From assembly GCA_913030805.1 (NCBI GenBank), contig CAJWDL010000004.1, forward strand, positions 2,719 to 66,718: a stretch of 64,000 bases of DNA, in the 5' to 3' direction. Positions 42,209 through 51,627 of this stretch are shown piece by piece. Source of the DNA: an uncultured Candidatus Pelagibacter sp. (GTDB taxonomy: Bacteria; Pseudomonadota; Alphaproteobacteria; Pelagibacterales; Pelagibacteraceae). Below the pieces are notes generated by a model. The model had not been told where the DNA came from. It saw nothing but the letters and a program-made list of their open reading frames with translations, and made no database searches. How positions within the stretch are numbered: the first letter of the stretch is position 1; each line of letters starts with the position of its first letter. A program made the translations under genes and the position numbers.

Positions 42209-42247
42209 TTGTCCATATTTATCAATAATAATTCAATTATTTGTATT

Positions 42248-42676
42248 ATGAAATTAACCAGCAAAGGGAGATATGCAGTGATGGCAATGGCTGATCTTGC
42301 AAAAAATGAAGATTCAAGACCAGTATCTCTTAAAGAAATTTCATTAAGGCAGGGAATATCAATTTTTTATTTAGAACAACTTTTTCTAAAATTAAAACTT
42401 AATAGCCTAGTGCATAGTACAAGAGGATCACGCGGAGGTTATGTCCTATCAAATTCCCCAGACCAAATAAAGTTATCAAGTATTATTTCTGCGGTTAATG
42501 AAGAAGTTGAAACAATAAAATGTAATAAAAATTCAAAAAAAGGATGTAATGGAAAGTTTGCCAAATGTATTACACACAGTCTTTGGAATGAATTAAGTAC
42601 TCATATAAATTTATTTTTCGAGAGAAAAAGTTTGGAAGATGTCTTAAGAAAAGAAAAAAATTTTCAGGGCGAATGA
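42248..42676 (+). CDS. iscR: Rrf2-family transcriptional regulator (IscR-like, Cys3-His cluster ligands)
   Basis: MKLTSKGRYAVMAMADLA wHTH N-terminus. C-x7-C-x6-C-x2-H is arranged like the IscR cluster ligands. First gene of the suf operon. Trimmed to ATG 42248. Confidence 0.85.
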   Translation: MKLTSKGRYAVMAMADLAKNEDSRPVSLKEISLRQGISIFYLEQLFLKLKLNSLVHSTRGSRGGYVLSNSPDQIKLSSIISAVNEEVETIKCNKNSKKGCNGKFAKCITHSLWNELSTHINLFFERKSLEDVLRKEKNFQGE

Positions 42677-42684
42677 AGGATTAA

Positions 42685-44121
42685 ATGAAACAATCAACAA
42701 TTAATTCATCGGAGGAATATAAATATGGTTTTACAACTGATATTGAAAGTATAAGAGCACCCAAAGGTTTAAACGGAGATGTAATTAAATTTATTTCTAA
42801 TATTAAAAAGGAACCACGTTGGATGTTAGAATGGAGATTGAAAGCTTATGAAAGATTAAAAAATTTAAAGGAACCTAATTGGCAAAAACCAAAATATCCA
42901 AAAATAGACTATCAAGATTTATATTATTATTCAGCACCAAAAAATTCGGAAAATAAACCCAAAAGTCTTGATGAAGTAGATCCTAGATTAATCGAAACCT
43001 ATAATAAGTTGGGTATTTCACTAAAAGAGCAGGAGAAATTAAGCGGAGTGGCAGTAGATGCTGTTTTCGACTCAGTGTCAGTAGCAACCACCTTCAAAGA
43101 CAAGCTAACTGAAAAGGGAATTATATTTTGTCCAATCTCGGAAGCAATTCAAAAACATCCTGATTTGGTAAAAAAATATTTGGGTTCTGTCATTCCGATT
43201 ACGGATCATTATTTTGCTACACTTAATTCAGCGGTTTTTACTGACGGATCATTTGTGTATATCCCTCAAGGGGTGCGTTGTCCGATGGAATTATCAACGT
43301 ATTTTAGAATCAATGCATCAGAGACTGGACAATTTGAGAGAACTTTAATTATAGCAGATAAAGGAAGCTATGTTAGCTACTTAGAAGGATGCACTGCTCC
43401 AATGAGAGATGAGAATCAACTTCATGCAGCTAACGTTGAATTAGTTGCCCTGGACGATGCAGAAATTAAATATTCAACTGTACAAAATTGGTATCCAGGA
43501 GATAAAGATGGAAAAGGAGGAATTTATAATTTTGTAACAAAAAGAGGAGTTTGCAGGGGTAGAAATTCTAAAATTTCTTGGACACAAGTTGAAACTGGAT
43601 CAGCGATTACTTGGAAATATCCAAGCTGTATTCTGCAAGGAGATAATTCAATCGGTGAGTTTTACTCAATCGCTATTACTAATAATCATCAAAAAGCAGA
43701 CACGGGAACTAAAATGATTCATCTTGGAAAAAATACGAAGAGCAAAATTATATCCAAAGGGATTTCAGCTGGTCATGCAGACAATACTTACAGAGGTCTA
43801 GTTAGAATAAGTTCTAAAGCAAACAATTCTAGAAATTTTACACAATGTGATTCTTTACTAATGGGCAATGAATGTGGAGCACATACCATTCCCTATATAG
43901 AAAATAAAAATTCTTCTTCAAATATAGAACATGAGGCAACAGCTTCAAAAATAAATGAAGAACAACTTTTTTATTGCAATCAAAGAGGCCTAAACCAAGA
44001 AGAAGCTATAGGTTTAATTGTAAATGGCTTTTGTAAAGAAGTGCTTCAACAGTTGCCCATGGAATTTGCAGTTGAAGCACAAAAACTGGTTGGTATTAGC
44101 CTAGAAGGCAGCGTGGGTTAA
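42685..44121 (+). CDS. sufB: Fe-S cluster assembly protein SufB
   Basis: 478 aa. Shows strong SufB character ([25 protein letters not shown]). Confidence 0.95.
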   Translation: MKQSTINSSEEYKYGFTTDIESIRAPKGLNGDVIKFISNIKKEPRWMLEWRLKAYERLKNLKEPNWQKPKYPKIDYQDLYYYSAPKNSENKPKSLDEVDPRLIETYNKLGISLKEQEKLSGVAVDAVFDSVSVATTFKDKLTEKGIIFCPISEAIQKHPDLVKKYLGSVIPITDHYFATLNSAVFTDGSFVYIPQGVRCPMELSTYFRINASETGQFERTLIIADKGSYVSYLEGCTAPMRDENQLHAANVELVALDDAEIKYSTVQNWYPGDKDGKGGIYNFVTKRGVCRGRNSKISWTQVETGSAITWKYPSCILQGDNSIGEFYSIAITNNHQKADTGTKMIHLGKNTKSKIISKGISAGHADNTYRGLVRISSKANNSRNFTQCDSLLMGNECGAHTIPYIENKNSSSNIEHEATASKINEEQLFYCNQRGLNQEEAIGLIVNGFCKEVLQQLPMEFAVEAQKLVGISLEGSVG

Positions 44122-44865
44122 ATGCTACAAATCACTAATCTTAGCGCTTCAATTGATAATAAAAAGATATTAAAAGGATTTAATCTTAAAATTAAGCCTG
44201 GAGAAATTCATGCTATTATGGGACCAAATGGATCAGGCAAAAGCACTTTAGCCAATGTGTTAACTGGTAAAAATGGCTATCAAGTCGAAGGACAAGTTCT
44301 TTATCAAGGAAAAAATCTATTGAAATTACCTATAGAGGAGAGAGCTCAGAAGGGCTTATTTATGGCTTTCCAATATCCATTGGAGATAGCTGGAGTTAAT
44401 ACAAATAACTTCCTCAAAACTTCTTTGAATACTGTTCGTAAAGTTAGAGGCCTAAAAGAATTGGACTCTTTAGATTTTTTAAATCTAATAAAAACAAAAA
44501 CAAAAAATCTGAAAATTGATGAAAAAATACTTAACAGACAATTAAACGTTGGTTTTTCTGGAGGTGAAAAAAAGAAAAACGAGATTTTGCAAATGACAAT
44601 TTTGGAACCCAAGCTAGTAATTTTAGACGAGACTGACTCCGGACTAGATATTGATGCTATGAAGATAGTTTCAGAAGGTGTGAATTCGTTAAGGGATAAA
44701 GATAGATCTTTTTTAATTATAACTCATTATCAACGTTTGCTGGATTATATCAAGCCAGATTTTGTTCATGTTTTAGTTGATGGAAAAATAGCTAAAACAG
44801 GGTGTGGCGAACTAGCTTTAGAACTTGAAAAAATTGGTTATGGAAAAATGGAAGCAGAAGGTTAA
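44122..44865 (+). CDS. sufC: Fe-S cluster assembly ATPase SufC
   Basis: Walker A GPNGSGKST, signature FSGGEKKK, and Walker B ILDETDSGLD. Confidence 0.95.
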   Translation: MLQITNLSASIDNKKILKGFNLKIKPGEIHAIMGPNGSGKSTLANVLTGKNGYQVEGQVLYQGKNLLKLPIEERAQKGLFMAFQYPLEIAGVNTNNFLKTSLNTVRKVRGLKELDSLDFLNLIKTKTKNLKIDEKILNRQLNVGFSGGEKKKNEILQMTILEPKLVILDETDSGLDIDAMKIVSEGVNSLRDKDRSFLIITHYQRLLDYIKPDFVHVLVDGKIAKTGCGELALELEKIGYGKMEAEG

Positions 44866-44873
44866 GCAGTAAG

Positions 44874-46172
44874 ATGAACTTAAATTTTGATGAATTTCAA
44901 AAAGCTAACCAAACTGGTGGTGAGCTAGATAATATTAGAATTAAAAATTTTGATAATTTTCAAAAAAAAGGATTTCCTTCAAAAAAAGAAGAGAGTTGGA
45001 AATATACAGATCTAAAAACAATGCTGTATAACAATCTAAGCAAACTAGAGGTTCCAAATAATAAAAAAACTTCCCAATGTCATGATGAGTGGTTATTAAA
45101 AAATTTTAAACATAACCAAATAATATTGGTTAACGGTGAATTTGTTAGTTCGACCTTTAGTTTTGAGTCTAAAGATAAAATAAAAATAAAACCATTAAGA
45201 GTTATTTTAAAAGATAAAAAAAATTTCAATAAAATAAAAGAGTTGTTTGATGATCAAAAAAATTCTCTCACTTCATTGAATCACGCTTTAGTTCGTGACG
45301 GTATATTCTTAGAAATAGAAGATAATTATTCATTTAATAAGCCATTAGTGATCTATAATTTTTTCAACAAATCTTCAGAAAACAAAATAATAAATAACAA
45401 ATGTTTTATTTCACTTGGAAAAAATTCAAAACTTGACGTTTTGAAATGCTATAAAGCAGAAAACAGTATTAAATATTTTAATAATACTATCCATCATTAT
45501 TCAATTCAGGAAAATGCAATATTAAAACAATTTAGCATAAATAATAATTTGGACAATTCTTACAACTATCACTTAACTAATGTTAAAAGTCATTCTAATA
45601 GTATATTTGAAAATTTTTTATTTTCTTCTGGATCAAGTTTTTTAAAAAATGAAATTCACTGTAATTTGTTGGGATCTTATGCTTCATGTTTTGTTAATGG
45701 ACTTATATTATTAAACAATGAACAGCATCATGAGTTAAAAACTAACGTTAATCATAGATATGAACATTGTAAAAGTTCTCAACTGGTTAAAAGTGTCTTG
45801 TTAGATAAGAGCAGCGGCACCTATCAAGGAAAAATTTATGTTGAAAAAGAAGCTCAGAAAACTGACGGATATCAACTTAGTAGGGCCCTAATTTTTTCAG
45901 AAAATTCTACATTTAACTCAAAGCCTGAATTAGAAATTTACGCAGACGAGGTAAAATGTTCACACGGATCTACAACTGCAAATATTGACCAAGGCTCTAT
46001 TTTTTATCTGATGTCTCGAGGATTATCTAAAAAACAAGCAAATAAAATGTTAATTGAAGGTTTTTTAAACGAAGCTGTTGAAACAATTACAGATATAAAT
46101 ATTAAGTCGCTCATTTCAAAATTGCTCATCAAAAAAATCAACGAAATAAAATTTGAAACTAATGAACATTGA
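44874..46172 (+). CDS. sufD: Fe-S cluster assembly protein SufD
   Basis: 432 aa between sufC and sufS. C-terminal ELEIYADEVKCSHGST..FYLMSRGL is the SufB/D beta-helix signature. Confidence 0.87.
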   Translation: MNLNFDEFQKANQTGGELDNIRIKNFDNFQKKGFPSKKEESWKYTDLKTMLYNNLSKLEVPNNKKTSQCHDEWLLKNFKHNQIILVNGEFVSSTFSFESKDKIKIKPLRVILKDKKNFNKIKELFDDQKNSLTSLNHALVRDGIFLEIEDNYSFNKPLVIYNFFNKSSENKIINNKCFISLGKNSKLDVLKCYKAENSIKYFNNTIHHYSIQENAILKQFSINNNLDNSYNYHLTNVKSHSNSIFENFLFSSGSSFLKNEIHCNLLGSYASCFVNGLILLNNEQHHELKTNVNHRYEHCKSSQLVKSVLLDKSSGTYQGKIYVEKEAQKTDGYQLSRALIFSENSTFNSKPELEIYADEVKCSHGSTTANIDQGSIFYLMSRGLSKKQANKMLIEGFLNEAVETITDINIKSLISKLLIKKINEIKFETNEH

Positions 46173-47376
46173 AAATATTAAATCCCAATTTCCAATTTTT
46201 TCACAAAAAATAAATGGCAAACCATTGGTTTATTTAGATAGTTCTAATTCATCACAAAAACCCATATCCGTAATAAATAGATTGAACGATTTTTATAAAA
46301 ATGAGTTTTCTAATATAGGCAGAAGCATTCATTCACTAGCTGTAAATGCCACAAATAAGTTTGAAGAAACAAGAATGAGTGTAAAAAATTTTATTAACGC
46401 TAAATCTATAGATGAGATTATTTTTACAAAAAATGCGACCGAATCCATGAATTTAGTCGCTACAACATTTGGTCAACAAAACATAGTAAAGGGCGATGAA
46501 ATTTTAGTTACTGAATTAGAACATCATTCAAACTATGTTCCATGGCATTTTTTGAGAGAAAGAAAAGGAGCAATTATAAAATTTGCACCAATAAATGAGG
46601 ATGGCGACATTATAACTGATGAATTAAAAAAATTGATCACATCGAAAACAAAGATTGTTGCCGTTACTCACTTGTCAAATGTAACGGGCACAATTGTTCC
46701 AATAAAAGAAATAGTAGAGATCGCTCACAAGAAAAATGTTCCTGTATTGGTAGATGGATGTCAGGCTATTCCTCATATTAAAGTTGATGTTACAGATTTA
46801 AATTGTGATTTTTATGCTTTTTCGGGTCATAAAGTCTATGGCCCAACCGGAGTTGGAGTTTTATATGCAAAAAAAAAATGGCTGGAGAAATTACCCCCTT
46901 ATATAGGGGGAGGAGCCATGATTAGTGAAGTAAAAAAAGGTAAAATTGTTTATGCTTCACCTCCTGAGAAATATGAATCTGGAACCATGTCTACGGCAGA
47001 AGTGATTGCTTTTAAGGAGTCAATAAAATTTATGGAATCAATTGGGATGGATAATTTAATAAAACATGAAGATAAAATTAAAAATTATGCTTTGGAAAAA
47101 CTTAGAAAAATAAATTCAGTAAAAATAATCGGCAATCCAAAAAATAAAGCTGGAGTGATCGCTTTTACGATACAAGGAATTCATCCTCACGATATTGCTA
47201 CAATTTTAGATGACGATGGCGTTGCGATTAGAGCTGGCCATCATTGCTGTCAAATTTTACACGAAAAATTGAATTTAACTGCAACGGCAAGAGCTTCTAT
47301 CGGAGTTTATAATAATAAAGACGATATTGATATGCTCTGTAAGGCAATTGATAATTGTAAAAAGATATTTGATTGA
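46153..47376 (+). CDS. sufS: Cysteine desulfurase SufS (group II)
   Basis: The PLP-lysine motif SGHKVYGPTGVG and the active-site motif RAGHHC. The start may be Met 46162. Confidence 0.93.
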   Translation: MKLMNIENIKSQFPIFSQKINGKPLVYLDSSNSSQKPISVINRLNDFYKNEFSNIGRSIHSLAVNATNKFEETRMSVKNFINAKSIDEIIFTKNATESMNLVATTFGQQNIVKGDEILVTELEHHSNYVPWHFLRERKGAIIKFAPINEDGDIITDELKKLITSKTKIVAVTHLSNVTGTIVPIKEIVEIAHKKNVPVLVDGCQAIPHIKVDVTDLNCDFYAFSGHKVYGPTGVGVLYAKKKWLEKLPPYIGGGAMISEVKKGKIVYASPPEKYESGTMSTAEVIAFKESIKFMESIGMDNLIKHEDKIKNYALEKLRKINSVKIIGNPKNKAGVIAFTIQGIHPHDIATILDDDGVAIRAGHHCCQILHEKLNLTATARASIGVYNNKDDIDMLCKAIDNCKKIFD

Positions 47377-47380
47377 AATA

Positions 47381-47851
47381 ATGGATTTAAAACAGTTATA
47401 TCAGGATATAATTTTAGATCATGGAAAGAGCCCTAGAAATTTTGGCAAGTGTGTGGGATATAATTCTGAGGCAAAAGGATATAATCCTCTTTGCGGAGAT
47501 TTAGTTCAAGTTTATTTAAAATTAAATGATAAAAAAAAAGTTGAAGATTTGACCTTTGAAGGAAGTGGATGCGCTATCTCCATGGCTTCCGCCTCTATAA
47601 TGACTGACTTAGTCAAAGGCAAATCCTGCGAAGTTGTAAAGAAAATAATAAATGCTTTTTTAAAAATGATAAAAAACAGTTCAGAAATGAAATCGGATGA
47701 TTTAGACAATGATCAAATAACAAAAATTATGTCTTTATCAGGAGTAAAACAATTTCCGATGAGAATAAAATGTGCTACTTTATCGTGGCATACACTAATT
47801 TCGGCAATGGAAGGAAAAAAAGAAGAAGTAAATACTGAGGTAATAGATTAG
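47381..47851 (+). CDS. sufU: SUF-system NifU/IscU-like scaffold or sulfur acceptor (SufU type)
   Basis: NPLCGD, GSGCAIS and KCATL place the three Cys ligands in the SufU/IscU arrangement. Trimmed to ATG 47381. Confidence 0.83.
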   Translation: MDLKQLYQDIILDHGKSPRNFGKCVGYNSEAKGYNPLCGDLVQVYLKLNDKKKVEDLTFEGSGCAISMASASIMTDLVKGKSCEVVKKIINAFLKMIKNSSEMKSDDLDNDQITKIMSLSGVKQFPMRIKCATLSWHTLISAMEGKKEEVNTEVID

Positions 47852-48153
47852 TGAATGATATTAAAAACCAAGTAATAGAAGAGATTAAAAAAATTTATGA
47901 TCCCGAAATTCCAGTAAATATATATGAAATGGGTTTAATTTATAAAATAAAAGTTGATGAAACAAATAAGGTTAACATTGATATGACATTGACCTCACCA
48001 AATTGTCCAGTCGCAGAGAGTTTGCCAAAAGAAGTTAAGGATAATATAATGAAAATAAAGGGAGTTTCTGACGTGAACCTAAATTTAGTTTGGGAACCAC
48101 CTTGGAATAAGAATATGATGTCGGAGGCAGCCAAGTTAGAATTAAATTTATGA
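47851..48153 (+). CDS. sufT: DUF59-type Fe-S assembly protein (SufT-like)
   Basis: YDPEIPVNIYEMGLIY and TLTSPNCP motifs of DUF59/SufT. GTG start abutting sufU. Confidence 0.8.
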   Translation: MNDIKNQVIEEIKKIYDPEIPVNIYEMGLIYKIKVDETNKVNIDMTLTSPNCPVAESLPKEVKDNIMKIKGVSDVNLNLVWEPPWNKNMMSEAAKLELNL

Positions 48154-48485
48154 CGAAACAAATAATTACTTTAAGCGATAGAGCGGCACAAAGAATTAAA
48201 GAAATAATGGCTAATGCGGAAGAATCCTCGATTGGAGTGAGAATAGGAGTGAAGTCAGGAGGTTGCGCAGGCATGTCTTATGTGATGGAATATGCAAAAT
48301 CTTCCAATTTAAACGATGAGGTTGTTGAAGATAAGGGTGTTAAAGTACTAATTGATCCAAAAGCAGTTTTGTATCTTTTGGGCACAGAAATGGATTACAA
48401 AAAAGATGAGCTTTCTTCTACTTTTGTATTTAAAAATCCCAATGAAATAGAACGTTGTGGTTGTGGAGAGTCCTTTAAAATCTAG
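48150..48485 (+). CDS. sufA: A-type Fe-S carrier (SufA/IscA/ErpA family)
   Basis: GGCAGMSY and a C-terminal CGCGESF. Confidence 0.9.
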   Translation: MTKQIITLSDRAAQRIKEIMANAEESSIGVRIGVKSGGCAGMSYVMEYAKSSNLNDEVVEDKGVKVLIDPKAVLYLLGTEMDYKKDELSSTFVFKNPNEIERCGCGESFKI

Positions 48486-48568
48486 AAAATTTGATATATT
48501 CTATATATTATTCAAAAATAGCATATCAGAATTGCATAAAATGCATAATTTATTTACAATGACGGATT

Positions 48569-48760
48569 ATGAGAGATAAAAAATTTTTATATGAGCATTC
48601 TAATAATTTGGTAGAGAAAATCAAAGAGAGATCGCTGTTCAAAACTCAACGCAAAGCCGTCGAAGCAGGAGCTCACGGAACGTTAGATTACATTATCAAA
48701 AAAGGTACGAATAAAGATAGAATAGCTGACGAAAAGATACTAAAGAGCAGAAAAAAATAA
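48569..48760 (+). CDS. Hypothetical small basic protein (63 aa)
   Basis: The only ORF in the short gap between sufA and the glnA 3' end. Composition is coding-like, but I recognise no family. Confidence 0.35.
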   Translation: MRDKKFLYEHSNNLVEKIKERSLFKTQRKAVEAGAHGTLDYIIKKGTNKDRIADEKILKSRKK

Positions 48761-48762
48761 TC

Positions 48763-50190
48763 CTAACTGCTATAGTACATATCAAACTCAATTGGGTGGG
48801 GTGTATGTTCGAGGTTATGAATTTCTTCGAATTTCAGAGCAATGTAAGCGTCTATTTGGTCATCAGTAAATACACCACCTTGTTTTAGGAAATTTCTATC
48901 TCTGTCTAAATTTTCCATTGCTTCCCTTAAGGAACCACAAACTGTAGGAATTTTTTTTACTTTACTTTCTGGAAGAGCATACAAGTCATCATCAAGGGGC
49001 TTGCCTGGATCGATTTTATTTTTGATTCCGTCTAGTCCTGCCATTAACATTGCCGCAAATGTTAAATAAGGGTTTCCTGCGGCATCGGGATATCTAACTT
49101 CAACTCTCAAACCTTTTTTGTTTAATGCAATCGGAATTCGACAAGTAGCCGATCTGTTTCTTACTGAATAAACCAACAATACCGGAGCTTCAAAACCAGG
49201 TATTAGTCTTTTGTAACTGTTGGTAGTTGAATTTGAAAAAGCATTAACTGCCTTTGCATGTTTCAAAATTCCACCAATGTAATGAAGTGCAGTATTTGAC
49301 AATCCTACTTTTTTATTTTTGGCGAACACATAATTATTTCCAGCGAACAAGGGAGTATCACCTTTCCAAATTGATTGGTGAGTATGCATGCCCGAACCAT
49401 TATCTCCTTTAACGGGCTTTGGCATAAACGTTGCCGTTTTGCCAAAAGAATGAGCAACCATTTGTACGACGTATTTATAAAGTTGAATATTATCAGCTTG
49501 AGTTGTCAATGTATCGAAAACCATTCCAAGTTCATGTTGGCTTGGTGCGACTTCGTGATGATGTTTTTCAGCTTTAATACCCATATCTCTTAAAACCTTT
49601 AAGAATTCACTTCTCATATCCTGAGCGGCATCAACGGGAGGAACAGGAAAATATCCACCTTTAATTCTAGGACGATGTCCCATATTTCCGTTTTCATATT
49701 TTTTCCCGGTGTTATAGGGACCTTCGGAACTATCTATGGTGAAGCTAGTTTCGTTCATATCATTTTTATATCGAACATCATCGAATACAAAAAATTCTGG
49801 TTCTGGACCGAAATAAGCTTTGTTTCCGATACCTGTAGATTTTAAATAAGCCTCAGCTTTTTTTGCTATATTTCTCGGATCTCTCTCGTAAGGAGTTTTA
49901 TTAACTGCGTCAAGAACATCAACGAAAAGAATTAGAGTGTTATGGGATGTGAACGGATCCATTACTGTTCTTTCAAGGTCTGGCTTCAATAACATGTCGG
50001 ATTCGTGAATTGCCTTCCAACCAGCAATAGAGGAACCGTCAAAATAAACTCCATCATTAAGCATTGATTCGTCAACTACTTTGCCATCAATGGTTAAATG
50101 TTGAAGTTTTCCTCTAGGATCAGTAAATCTAAGGTCTACGTACTCAATCTCTTTTTCCTTCATTAATTTTAAAATTTTATTTGATGTCAT
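48763..50190 (-). CDS. glnA: Glutamine synthetase type I
   Basis: FDGSSI, NGSGMHTHQS and the SVRNRSATCRIP block. A Tyr sits in DDLYALP, the adenylylation-site position. Confidence 0.96.
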   Translation of the reverse strand: MTSNKILKLMKEKEIEYVDLRFTDPRGKLQHLTIDGKVVDESMLNDGVYFDGSSIAGWKAIHESDMLLKPDLERTVMDPFTSHNTLILFVDVLDAVNKTPYERDPRNIAKKAEAYLKSTGIGNKAYFGPEPEFFVFDDVRYKNDMNETSFTIDSSEGPYNTGKKYENGNMGHRPRIKGGYFPVPPVDAAQDMRSEFLKVLRDMGIKAEKHHHEVAPSQHELGMVFDTLTTQADNIQLYKYVVQMVAHSFGKTATFMPKPVKGDNGSGMHTHQSIWKGDTPLFAGNNYVFAKNKKVGLSNTALHYIGGILKHAKAVNAFSNSTTNSYKRLIPGFEAPVLLVYSVRNRSATCRIPIALNKKGLRVEVRYPDAAGNPYLTFAAMLMAGLDGIKNKIDPGKPLDDDLYALPESKVKKIPTVCGSLREAMENLDRDRNFLKQGGVFTDDQIDAYIALKFEEIHNLEHTPHPIEFDMYYSS

Positions 50191-50225
50191 TTCTTTGCTT
50201 GTAGCTGGGTAAATAACAAATTCAG

Positions 50226-50253
50226 ATTTAATAAAAATGTGTTTTTATTAAAT
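50226..50253. repeat. Perfect 12-bp-arm inverted repeat (ATTTAATAAAAA tgtg TTTTTATTAAAT) in the glnA<>nnrD divergent spacer
   Basis: Read directly. Arms at 50226-50237 and 50242-50253 are exact reverse complements with a 4-nt centre. Confidence 0.85.
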
Positions 50254-50305
50254 AACAGCTATGCATAATATACATGAACATGATTATTGGTAAATAATAA
50301 AATAA

Positions 50306-51175
50306 ATGAAATTAAAGGCATTTAAAAATATCCCAAAAATATGGTTAAGCAAGTTTCCTTGGAAGAAACAAAAAAGTCACAAGTACAGTAGAGGTAAAGT
50401 TGTAGTCATGGGGGGTCAAAAATCTATGACAGGGGCTACTATTTTAAGCGCAGAGTCAGCGTTGAGGGCTGGCGTAGGCTCAGTAAAAATTATTTGTACA
50501 AAAGAAACATTGCCTATTTATTCAATAAAATTTCCATCAGTATTAAAAAAAGAAATAAACAATCTTAATTCGTTAAAAAAATTTATCAATAAGGAAAAAT
50601 CTTCCATATATTTAATTGGACCTGGCGCAGGTTCAAATAATTTAACAAAACAAAAAACACTTTTATTATTAAAAAGAGTAAAACACGCAGTGGTCGACGC
50701 AGATGCTCTAACATGTTTTAAAAAAAAACCAAAAGAACTTTACCGATTTTTAGATAAAAACAAAGTTATTACCCCTCATCCAAAAGAATTTCATTCAATT
50801 TTTCCATCAATTAATAAAAGTTTGGGTAATAAAGAAAAATTATTAAAGGCAATTAGTCTTGCAAAAACAAATATTGTTTTGAAAGGAGCGGTTACATTAA
50901 TAGGATCATTTGATGGAAAGATTGTTTATAACAAACATACTTCAAGTGAATTAGCTGTAATTGGATCTGGAGATGTTCTTAGTGGTTTGATTGCAAGTTT
51001 GATTGGAAAAAACAAAATGAATCCTTTTCTTGCTGCTTGTGCAGGTGTTTGGATTCATGGAGATCTAGCTAAACAATTTGGATCTGGTTTAATTGCTGAA
51101 GATATTATAAAAACAATTCCTCATACCTTGAAGAAATTAAAAAAATGGAAAACTTACTCGAAAAAGAATCGGTAA
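50306..51175 (+). CDS. nnrD: ADP-dependent NAD(P)H-hydrate dehydratase (YjeF C-terminal family)
   Basis: HKYSRGKVVVMGG..MTGATILSAESALRAGVG and GSGDVLSG motifs of the carbohydrate-kinase-like YjeF_C domain. Confidence 0.85.
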   Translation: MKLKAFKNIPKIWLSKFPWKKQKSHKYSRGKVVVMGGQKSMTGATILSAESALRAGVGSVKIICTKETLPIYSIKFPSVLKKEINNLNSLKKFINKEKSSIYLIGPGAGSNNLTKQKTLLLLKRVKHAVVDADALTCFKKKPKELYRFLDKNKVITPHPKEFHSIFPSINKSLGNKEKLLKAISLAKTNIVLKGAVTLIGSFDGKIVYNKHTSSELAVIGSGDVLSGLIASLIGKNKMNPFLAACAGVWIHGDLAKQFGSGLIAEDIIKTIPHTLKKLKKWKTYSKKNR

Positions 51176-51627
51176 AAAGGGTTAACGATTTTATTAAACA
51201 GTTCGATCCTTCTCTTGAGGTAACCGTTCTTAGTAAAACCGCAAGAACGGCAAAAGATGCAGCCGCTGCTTTAAATTGTGAGGTAGGTGCCATTGTAAAA
51301 AGTTTGGTTTTGAGAGCTAACAATGGTTTTTTGTTATGTTTAGTTGCTGGTGATAAAAGATGTTCGCTTAATAAACTAAAAAAATTAATAGAAAAGAAAG
51401 ATGTCTGCTTGGCAGATGCTGAACAAGTTAAATCACAAACAGGATTTTCAATAGGAGGAGTTGCTCCAGTTGCACACTTAAATAAATTAAAAGTGCTGAT
51501 CGATAATTCACTAGGAAGATACAAAGATGTTTTTGCTGCAGCAGGACATCCTAGTTGTATTTTTAAAATTAGTTATAGTCAGTTATTAAAAATCACCAAT
51601 GGTTCTGAAGAAGCGATATCCGAATGA
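51145..51627 (+). CDS. YbaK/EbsC-type aminoacyl-tRNA editing (deacylase) domain protein
   Basis: 160 aa. AIVKSLVL, the GFSIGGVAPV block, and a size typical of the YbaK/ProX family. Confidence 0.78.
   Translation: MENLLEKESVKRVNDFIKQFDPSLEVTVLSKTARTAKDAAAALNCEVGAIVKSLVLRANNGFLLCLVAGDKRCSLNKLKKLIEKKDVCLADAEQVKSQTGFSIGGVAPVAHLNKLKVLIDNSLGRYKDVFAAAGHPSCIFKISYSQLLKITNGSEEAISE

Noticed and set aside
48520-48550. A sigma-54-like TTGCA element, and the shared 9-mer ATGCATAAT (48541-48549 and 50261-50269), as a possible common regulatory motif flanking glnA.
   Set aside because: The spacing to the nearest GG-like element (TAGCAT) is 7 nt, not 5. By rough estimate, a 9-mer with only two G/C positions is expected about once or twice by chance on both strands of a window with this composition.
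50264-50275. dif-like core. The reverse complement reads ATGTATATTATG, identical to the centre of the E. coli dif site GGTGCGCATAATGTATATTATGTTAAAT.
   Set aside because: The flanking arms do not match. The XerC-side arm is TCATGTTC rather than GCGCATAA, and the XerD-side arm is CATAGC rather than TTAAAT. A 12-mer of A/T-rich sequence in a promoter spacer is not sufficient evidence.
50191-50305. Glutamine riboswitch (glnA RNA motif) or a sigma-54 promoter upstream of glnA.
   Set aside because: The minus-strand leader is almost pure A/T and lacks the G-rich three-stem core of the glnA RNA. I found no TGGCAC-N5-TTGCW element with correct spacing.
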